Assembly: GCA_002104905.1 (NCBI GenBank)
Contig: MCFE01000391.1
Span: forward strand, 18,821-82,820
Source of the DNA: Basidiobolus meristosporus CBS 931.73
Lineage: Eukaryota; Fungi; Basidiobolomycota
Direction of reading: 5' to 3'
Length of the DNA stretch: 64,000 nt
Of the stretch, positions 52,693 to 62,470 are shown in pieces (position 1 is the stretch's first letter; every line of letters begins with the position of its first letter). Position numbers and translations under genes: made by a program. The notes under the pieces were generated by a model. The model was not told the DNA's origin. It did not search any database and saw only the letters and a program-made list of their open reading frames with translations.

Positions 52693-55600
52693 GATATCTT
52701 CACGAGAGAGCCGATATCGCGAGCCAGGCAGGGTGTGGTGAGGATCTGAAGAGAGGGGTACGAGTAGGAGTACAGTTGAATGCTCAGAGTCGAGGCGAGA
52801 ATTGCAACGCTTGGCAATTCGGAGTCAAATGTGGTTGGTTGAAAGAATATCCGATCTTTACGAAGAGTTTAGGTAGGTGTATACGATAGACGAGAAAATA
52901 CTGAGGCATGTTGAGGGGAGCACGCCGATATTTATATTGGATCTCCGCAGAAATCCTCGATTGCTGGTCGTGGTCACGATGCTGGAAAGTGGGTGACGAG
53001 CAGAGAAGATTACGTTGGTGATTGCGGGGTTGCGGACACCAGCCTGAGCCCACCCCGATATGTTGTCACTCCGTCCCGAGGATCTTTGTCTTGATTGTTC
53101 ACATCCAGAAATAGATGAATGATCCGAAACAGTATCCAATCCTACCAATGATCGGAAGCACCAATGGGGGCCGAGGAAGGTGTGGTATAAGGTTTCAGTC
53201 ATGTGCGAGGAGCTGCCTGTTGGCGGGCTCATCGCGCCGGGCTCCCTCGCACTCACGGAAGATGCATGGCTTTGTTTCTTTCCAAACACCATTTGATGTT
53301 TCTAAGACGCATCTACTTCCTGGTAGCAACCACCTACAAGGGGGCGTCGATGAGTTCAAAACTGAGCGAATCGATGTGCCGCCAGCCTATCTGTGGTTCG
53401 CGCCCAGTCGGTGGGCAGCCCCTTGGGAATTATTTACCCACCCCCTTCACCTCAGTGATGGCCGTGGAGTCATGAGAATGTTCCCATGTATTATGATGCA
53501 TCGTGGTGCTGTGATAAACTTGAAAGGATGCCGATTCCTTTCGGGAGGTTTTACTCCCCAACGGATTGCCAAATCAGATATTGCCTGGCTGGCCAGTCCC
53601 AAAGACAGAGTTTGTGCACCATGCTTACTCCACCAAAGAAATCGGAGTCAATTCACCGAGGCGAATGCTTCCTCTTTGATAGGCTGGAATACTGCCCCAA
53701 CTGGGTCAGGGAGAAACGGGGATGGCCGCCTGGTCTGATTGATGGTGTGTTCAACTGATGGTTGTATATTCCAAAAAATCGACACAACTCATAACAATGG
53801 GACAAGAAATGTCACAATTACCACCATTCTTCAGTCATCATTGGCGCCTCCTTAAACTCTTCTGGGCACGATTGCATCTGACCCTGTGTTTCGCCTAGAT
53901 CGCCCGTTTCCATCGGTGCTCGATAGACTTTCGATTTGAGTAATGCATTAGCCAAGAGTCAGCTGCTGAACCCGGTTCATCTAATGCGCAGCCAGAAGTG
54001 TGATTCCAGCAAGGATGTGAGCGAATCATCGTGTCTCTTGATGTGGTTGCGGCAGCAGCATCGATTTGTACCATAGACCTGCTTTGTTCAATGTGTACCA
54101 GGATTGCCATGTCGTCTCAAGGCCATGGACCGCAGCCACCACAAAGAGTGACTGCTTTCCACTGCCGGTTGAGCTGTGTTCATTCAAAATAGAGATTGAT
54201 GGTTGGTTAGAGGGGTGGGGTTTACTAGACAGGATGATTTAACCTACAGAGATTTAAACTGAACGCGGGAATCGATAACACCACATCTGCATGTTGCCTA
54301 GTAATCTGTGGCCTTAAATCTCTGAATTCCATATAGAGTGACTGCGTCATGTCAGGCAACCTTGTTCACTTTGCTAAATCTACATGAAGCTTGAATGGGG
54401 ATGCAAATATTTGGGCTACTCATTCATCGCCCAGTTTAGTAAAGCATCTACAGCAATAGCTCTCGGCTTCCGCCTAGGAAACTATGCTTGTGGTGATGGG
54501 GAATTTAATGATATGTTGGTGTTTAATAATATTATTTATATATATGAACTGTCAATGTCAGTACCTTGCTTTGAAGTACTCTCAGGTATAACCGATAAAC
54601 TTTCACAAAGTAATTTAACCTTGTATATCTTGTAAATGCCTTGTTTAACATCTAGTTCTTCATGTATTTGGATTTCATATTAGGCCATATCTTTGATGTT
54701 GACTTGGATTTGATGCCTTCATATCCTCCGAGTAATCTTAAGGAAGTTTAGAAACGTCGAGTATATGATGCTCGAAGGTATCCTGAACTTCTCATATATC
54801 TTACTGCACCCTTCAAAAGTACACTTGCCTATTTATTTTGTAAGATTCGACAAATTCTATACCAACAAGTTCTTTTTTACTACTGGAAAACAAACCAAGT
54901 CAACATGTCGGATAAGGCCTTCAGATGAATCGCAAAAAGCCTTAAGCTTCTTGATGGCTTGTTAAATTTGCCGAATACGCAAACTTCTACAAATCTCTAA
55001 AATAAGTGTATTTACACTGCTTCAACTCAATAAGGGAACAAGTAAAAGTTACACTTTGATCTTATAAATCCCATTCACTTCGCATAACGTCTAGAGTTTT
55101 TTAGTGATAATGTATAAATCTGCGTTAATTAATATTGCGTTTACTCACATAATTCACCAAGTAGCCGGTATGCGGCCATACCTTTAATCGTAATGGCACA
55201 CCATACGAATTAACATATATTTGTGAGGCGGTAGAAAGACTTCCGTGCCACCACTTTCATGCAAAGAAGCCATTAGCATTGCGGCCATCTCATATTCGGC
55301 ATCCGATATATAGACCATCTAGCCATCCCCATTCTAATGGAGTAAGCCTCGATTAGCCTTCATTAGTCCACATTGATACATGCCTTCCAGATGTCATCCT
55401 TAATATGTATATATATATATATCCATCGATTAATGTAACCACACTGGACAAACCCAACATAAATCCCAAGTGTATTGTTAGAAAGAGGAGAGTTGAGTGA
55501 TGCATGATAGATGTATATCATGGTTGATTTTTATATCTATCTTCAGAAACAGAGACGTTTGCTTTGGTTTAGTAGAGGAGTAGCTAAGGGATATACAGAG

Positions 55601-56508
55601 AAGCAAGGTATTGAGTTGCGGAAGTTCTCACAAAAGTGCTGTTTCAAAGTCTCATGGTTTTGGTGGATATATTCCATACTATTCCCAATGTATATCAAAT
55701 TACGCGGCGAACTAAGCATGAATATAAAGCTAATCTCTCCAGCTGTCACAATATGCGTAGCCATTAAGCATCATTCACGTGATGGACTAGGAGTCACAAA
55801 TTCGAACTAGTTGAAACGTAGCACTCACAAAGAAAATGCCGTGTAATCGGCATCTCTTATAAAGAGTTGACTGACAACCACCTATTGCTCCTTTGAAAGC
55901 AGAGAACAATCCCCGATAGCAATATAGGAAACTTGAAGGCTGCAATTGGGAAGCATTCCTATTAGTGTCATGCAGTAAGATGATATCCCTTCCGTAGAAA
56001 ACAAGGGAATGGAGTGAACGTCATATATAAAACAACCCTCCATCGGTAAGATATTTTCAGAAAACGTAAGTATTCTATAGCTTAGTGCATAATCAAATTC
56101 AAACTCAACGAAGCATTCAGAATTTTGGTGATTGATGTCTATTAGCTCAGGGTTCCTTGCTGCGTTGATAATTTGCTTCTCTATCCTAGCCATAGCATTA
56201 TTTTGTTGGGCGGTAATTCCTTTACGTAAATTCTTGTATTGCTTTATTGATTAATAATGTGGCCTCATCCTAAAAGAAAGGTGAAGAGCTCTTCTTTTAA
56301 TCTGAATTAGTGACAACCTCCTGATCATTGTGCCTAAATGTTTAGGCTCTCCATTGACAACATAAATACTCCCTTAATCTTTGGTATAATTATGTGGTGC
56401 TTCTGCCCTTATTTTCATTTGCTCACTGTGTTGTATGGCAAATGGTAGGTATCCTATGCTAATTTAGGGTGTAGGTGTTATAGTAAGGGCTAGGAAAAGG
56501 TTAGAAGA

Positions 56509-56577
56509 GCAGGGGGTCTGGGGGACGCAGTCCCCTAGAGAATAAAAAAGCAGGGGGTTTGGGGGATGCAATCCCCC
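56509..56577 (+). repeat. Duplicated GC-rich hairpin motif (possible Helitron/rolling-circle terminus relic)
   Basis: GCAGGGGGTCTGGGGGACGCAGTCCCC and GCAGGGGGTTTGGGGGATGCAATCCCC, 41 bp apart. The first is followed by CTAG. Confidence 0.55.
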
Positions 56578-57093
56578 ATACTGCTCCCATACTCTTTAAA
56601 TTCCTGTTGGATTACTTTTCTCTCATTCTTGGTTCTGGTCCCTTAGGGTTGGAATTCCTCCTCCTAACCCTTATCACCCTAACCATAAATATTTTTACCC
56701 TACAACTGGCACATTGTCTGCTCTTATAGTGGGCATGTCTAGGCTGATATTTGTCTCCCTACACATTCTCTATGCTCTGTATAGGTCTTGATGATTATTT
56801 ATTTAATAAAATGTTACTTTTGATGCTATAAATAATAATATATGGGAATCATCCCAATCTGGCCAGAATCTCATATTTTAATAAGCTTTGGGCAACATAA
56901 ATTGCGCGGCCCTAATATGATAAAAAAATTTATGGCCATTGCAAATTTTCTGTAACCCGAGTGCTTTTACTAAATTCAAAGTGTATCCCAAGTTCAATAC
57001 ATTTTATAGCTATAATAGACACATCATTTGACACCATCGCAACTACTACATGTGTTCCATGTGCACATGTATCCTGCGGGAATTGTAAAAACC

Positions 57094-57736
57094 TAGCCGT
57101 GCAGTACAAAAGTGCTTTTATTTTTCATCATGCTAGTTTTCATGAGTTCCTAACGCACTTCCAAAGTACGCAGTAACCATACCCCAACAGGTTTTAAGAA
57201 TGCCCACTGGCTATGCTTACTTGTGTCTAGCGGGAGCCATCAGTCATCAGCCGCGCGGTACTGAAATGCTTTTATTTTTCATCATGCTAGTTTTGCATGA
57301 ATTCATAGCACACTTTTATAGTGCGCGGTAACCATACCCCAACAGGTTTTAATGATACTCACTTGCTATGTTTACTTGTGTCTAGCAGGAGTCATCAATT
57401 ATAAGCCGTGCGGTAATAAAGTGCTTTTATTCTTCATCATGCTAGTTTTACATGAGTCCCTAACACAATTTTATAGTGCGTGGTAACTATACCCCAACAG
57501 GTTTTAATGATACCCACTTGCTATGTTTACTTGTGTCTAGCGGGAGTCATCAATCATTAGCCGCGCGGTAGTAAAGTGCTTTTATTTTTCATCACAATAG
57601 TTTTACATGAGTCCCTAACACACTTTTATAATGCGCGGTAACCATTCCCCAACAGGTTTTAATGATACCCACTTGCTATGTTTACTTGTGTCTAGCGGGA
57701 GTCATCAATCATCAGCCACGCAGTAATAAAATGCTT
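57094..57736. repeat. Tandem satellite, ~155-bp unit, ~4.2 copies
   Basis: The anchor GCCRYGCRGTA recurs at 57096, 57250, 57405, 57560 and 57715 (spacing 154, 155, 155, 155). Confidence 0.97.
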
Positions 57737-58550
57737 AGACTACTTTGGGGAACGGTTCTAAGCAAACATTAAGCGCTGCTTATGGTGATACAGAAAACAA
57801 CACTCTGGCACCTCAGTTGGCGCATTGGTTGTCAAGATTACCAAGAAAAATTGGAAGAAACGTTTCAAGGAACATGGGTTGGCAAGGAGTGCACCAAGGA
57901 ATCAGGTGGTGGATGCGGAGGTGGAAGTAGTGGTAGGGATTTAATGCAAACTCAAATAAACTGGTATATACATACCATTTGGCTGGATAACCCCCCCCTT
58001 GGCTATATCTGACACAATGTTCTTGGCTCCTGGAGGGAAAACAAACACTAGTTAGCAGTATTTCAACAATCCTGCCCTGCCTCTACCATTCTGCGGTGTA
58101 TTTTCTTCCTGATTTCTTTAGTAGGTAATTTCAGCAGCAATGAGGGGGGGGAAGATTTGCATTGTATTTGCCATCAGCGTACATGATGTAATGCCCATGT
58201 CAGCAGGGTGTATTCAAGCTTTGCAATGTGAAGCTAATTTTGCAAGACCATCTGCATTGGTTCTACTGTGAAGTTGGCGCTCCATTTCTGATTTGCCATT
58301 TGCTTAATTTCATGCTTATGGCACTATGGCACTGAATTAGCTGTCATATTGCCAATAAAATTGCATCCCTACCCCTGCTGAAACATGTTACGTGACTGCA
58401 TGACTATGTGACTACGTGCTAAATCTACCCTTTGGCCTTCCACATGGATTATGAGAACCTTTCCAGCAAAAGCTCTGAGAGATGGTTACTTTGCGGTGTG
58501 TGCATACTACTTTCAAGTACGTGGACTAGCACTGAGGTCTACACAATTAT

Positions 58551-58885
58551 TTGTCAGCACTGTGTTTGCACATGTGCGATAACAAGCACATTTTATTGAA
58601 CTTGGACGCTTTTGCTCTAACAATTGTCAGCACTGTGTTTGCACATGTGCAACAGCAAGCACTTACATTGGGCTTGTCTTGGACGCAATTTGCTCTAATT
58701 GTTGTGGACTTTGGTGAGGCCTACGTTTAGAAGGGGTGCGGAGCACCACTTTGGCTAGTTTACGCTTTGTCAGCACTGTGTTAGCACATGTGCAACAGCA
58801 AGCACCAGTTCTTGGGCTTGTAAGCGTTTCTCTTAAGGAGAGGCTGGTCATTGTGTGTAGCCTGCTGTTAGCATACGTGCAAAAT
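58551..58885. repeat. Local ~40-bp repeat, 3 copies plus a partial
   Basis: TTGTCAGCACTGTGTTWGCACATGTGC..CAAGCAC at ~58551, ~58624 and ~58767; partial at ~58866. Confidence 0.88.
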
Positions 58886-59106
58886 ACGGCCTTGACTCGC
58901 TTTGTGTAATCACTATTCTTCCTGGTCCTATGTCCAGGAAAGGTAGCAAGCATTCTCCACAGCAGCAGTGCTTGGAACAGTAGTTCTGGTTGTTGTTTGA
59001 GTTGGTGTGTTTCAGCCGCAAAGCCAAATGGCTGCTAATCTGACAGAAGGGTAATCTTCGAAGAAGTACTTTGGTGCCAAGTGCTCTCTTTTTTTGTTGA
59101 TGTGAT

Positions 59107-59124
59107 TTAGGGTTAGGGTTAGGG
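59107..59124 (+). repeat. (TTAGGG)3 telomeric repeat fused to the LINE 3' end
   Basis: TTAGGGTTAGGGTTAGGG directly followed by GGGGAGACAGTCACC, the LINE terminus. Confidence 0.9.
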
Positions 59125-62100
59125 GGGGAGACAGTCACCAACAAGTGAAATCTTTATTTCAGTTGAAACAAAGAAGCCAGCGCTACTGTTGTAGCTTTGA
59201 TACAAGAGTGTGTAGCTGAGGGGAATTTGTAGGTAAGTTAATAAGAAGTGATGATAGTTCTTCAGTGCGCAAGACACTGTTCAGTGGGAAGGGGGGTAGC
59301 AAGAGAGGTAAGTATGACTTGTGAACAACATTAATGAGGGGAATGTGATAAGGATTGATATTCATCATAAAGGGAGTGTGCTGCTGCAGATATTGCTGCC
59401 AAAGGTCTGTCAAGTACTTCAGGTAGGCCAGCTTGGGTTTTTCTGACTGCAGAATAAATTGAGCAAACTTCTTGACTTCAGGATCTCCAAGTATAGCTCT
59501 CCAGCAGGAGCCAGGTGTTGTGTGGTGTGTTCTCTTCCAGGCCTTAATCAGTGGGTTGTTGCAGTTGTGAAGTCTGAGGTATAATCTGGTTCTAAGGTAG
59601 AGAAGTCTGATCTTATAGGGCATAAAGCCCAAAAGCACCAAGAATAGCATGTCTGTAGGGGCATTCAGGCAAATGAGGCACCAAGGAGGTAATGCACCAT
59701 ACTGCAAACTTGTCAAGCTTCAGTGCAGTCTCTAGAAGTAAGAGAGAGAAGTGGTAAGCCAAATTCCAGGACAGGGAAGACAAACTGCTTGAGTAGAAGG
59801 AGGCAGCTGGGAGCTGAAGTTGTAGGAGGAGTAACAGCCAGTAGCTTGTGGAGTGCCTGTCTTGCCAGGATAATTCTCTTCTTCAGGTGTGCTCCAGAGT
59901 CTAGTCCAGTAGGAAGGAAAGGAAAGCCAAGATATGTAGCAGAAACCTGAGCAGGTAGAGTGGTGTTCTCCAAGTTGATGGGAGAGCCCAAAGGTACTGT
60001 CTTTGCAATGGAAAGCTGGAGATTATTCTTCTGCAGATACTGGTGGATGGTGCTGGGAGTCTTGTTCGCACATTGGAGGAGGATATTCTGATGTCATCAG
60101 CAAAGAGAGTAACCAGGCAGTCAGCTGAGAGTCTTGGGAAATCATTCAGGAAGATGGCAAACAGTATAGGACCAAGCACAGAGCCTTGAACCACTCCATT
60201 AGGAACTGAGAACACAGCTGATTGCTCACTTGGGTGCAGAATTCTTGCTTGTGGATCCAGAAACAGAGACCTGACAAGGAGGGTGAGAGAGGTACTGGAG
60301 AAGCATTGCAACTTGGACCAAAGCAGATTTCTGTCAACTGAATCAAAGGCCTTGGTAATATCAAACAGAACTGAGGGATACTTGCACTGGAGAGAGTGAT
60401 CTTGGCTAAGTATGAATGCATATTCCAAGGAGAGGCCAGGAACAAAGCCAAACTGTGCAGGATGAAACTTGAGGGAGTCAGAGTAGAGCTCCTGAGCAAG
60501 CAGAAGCTCAAACACCTTTCTGCAGGTGGGCAGCAGAGATATTGGCCTATAGGAGCTAGGATCCAGGTGCTTTCCTTTACCCTTGTACAGTGGCAGAACA
60601 TTTGCAAAGGACCATTCCTCAGGAGTAGAAAGCTGGGCTGAGCATTGCTGAAACAGTGGAAGCAGAAGTGCAGACATGGCCTTGGTACTAGTCTTCAGAA
60701 GCTCATAGGAGATTGTGTCCACACCTGGAGCAGTAGAGTTGGGAAGCCTCTTGAGCACATTATGGATTCTCCCTTGATCAAGTGCAAGTGGGATGGGCAG
60801 AGTCTTGAAGTCAGGATGAAAGCCAGGAGTTGAGTACTGCTTTGTAGAGAAGAAGATGTTAGCCAGCTGTTCTGTTGAAGGTAACTTCCTGAAAGAGGGC
60901 CTCATTGCCCTGTAGAGTCTTGATACTGTTCTTGTTATAGAGTTGGCAGATTGCAGAGGCAAGGAACTCATAATATGATCCCAGAGCTGAGTATGTAGAG
61001 TGTGGTGAATTGCCTTGGAGTGGTGTATTGCTGTCAGGAGGAGTTTCTCTGTTTTTGGGTTAGGGAAACTCAGGTAGCTTTGTTGCAGGGCTGAAACAAT
61101 GGATTCCCATTTTCTTGAGGTAACAGCAGTAGTCTTGCATGGCAGTGAGAAGGAGGCAGACACCTGAATCAGGTGCTTCACAAAGAGCCAGGCATAGTTG
61201 AGATCATCTGGCAGAGAAAGTAGCAAACTGGCAAGCTTCAAGAAGTTCCCAAAGTCTTTCTTCTGATTCTTGGTAGCTTTGTGGGTGAGCACAGTAAGTT
61301 TTGGCAGCTTCTTCTTCACAACTGGTTGCATAGAAAGGGACCAGGCTGGGTGGTCAGAGGCTCTCAAGGATCCTAGCTCAGCTCCAGAGAATTGCTTAAC
61401 TTCATTCACAAAGTAGAGGGCAGCAGCAGAAGGGCAGATCCAGTCAACACATCTTTTCTCAGATTGAGCACCTAGTGCTAGCAGATGGCTTTCTCTCAGG
61501 AAGTTCAGTAGGAATGTAGACCTTGGCTTCATTCTTGCAGTCAGAGTAGTCTTGTTCTCAGGATGGGGAATGTTGAGATCTCCAAGCAAGATAACAGGTG
61601 TTGATATAGATTGCTGGTATTGCTGAGCTTTCTGGCATATAACTTGCACTTCCTGAAGGGCAAGACTTGGAGGCAGATAGCAGAGCACCAGACTGATAGT
61701 TGGCAACTGGACAGCAGCACAGTAAGGGGAGTAAAGAGGAACACAGAGCTGAGGAGTATTGATGGTAGAAGAGATGAAGCAGATAGAGGAGGTATTCTTT
61801 GTTCTAGGAGTAGAAAAGCAATATAGATTAGTCAAAAGTATAGAGGGTAGCTGGACATCAATCAAACACAGGAGGGAAAATCTTGAAAGAAGTCTCTTTA
61901 GAGTTGGTCTTGATGGCTGTATGCTGTTGCAGTTAAGCAACAGAACTTCAGGTAGTCAGGCAGAGGTTGTAGCTTCTTCAGAGGCAGCATTGACAATGTG
62001 ACCTGCAGAGTCCCAGAGCTCTTCAAATGGTGCATCACTTAAGTCAGCAAGGAGGGAAATGGCATGGTTCTTGAGGAAGTATGCCACATCATAGGAGGGG

Positions 62101-62446
62101 GCTTGTCTCTTGATGGCAGCAAAGAAAGACAGAATGGCAACATGGGCTGGAGGCTTGTTGAACAGTAGAGAGTCAGAGGATTCAGATTCTTCAGGCACTA
62201 TCTTGAAGTCAGTTTTCAGCCAGTTAAGGTTCTTCTCCACAAAGGCAACAAATGGGTCAGCAATGTTTTGGTCTAGGATAACCTCCAGAATCTTCCTTTT
62301 CTCCAGGCCAGGTTGACAATTCTTGAGAGCTGAATATTGCATGCCTTGAGTGCTCTCCTGATGTTGGAAATGGAGTCCAGGAACTTGCTTCAAGTACACC
62401 ACAATCCAGGTAGAAGCTGTGTAGTTGCTGGGCTTGTAAGTCCTTC
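59125..62446 (-). mobile_element. Non-LTR retrotransposon (APE endonuclease + RT) copy A, 5'-truncated in the upstream ORF, with frameshifts
   Basis: APE motifs LNCNS, CYLPP, GDLN, VDWI, SDH. RT motifs APGVD, YRPISLL, QFGF, FDITKAFDSVDR, GVVQGSVLGP, FADD. No RNase H or CCHC seen. Upstream ORF at 61956-62402. Confidence 0.97.
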
Positions 62447-62470
62447 TTAGGGGAGGAAGTCACCTTAGGG

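Noticed and set aside
55404-55421. Short (AT)n run
   Set aside because: An ordinary short microsatellite in AT-rich DNA.
57094-57736. Regular repeats as a CRISPR array
   Set aside because: Whole units repeat with no unique spacers; eukaryotic context; no cas genes.
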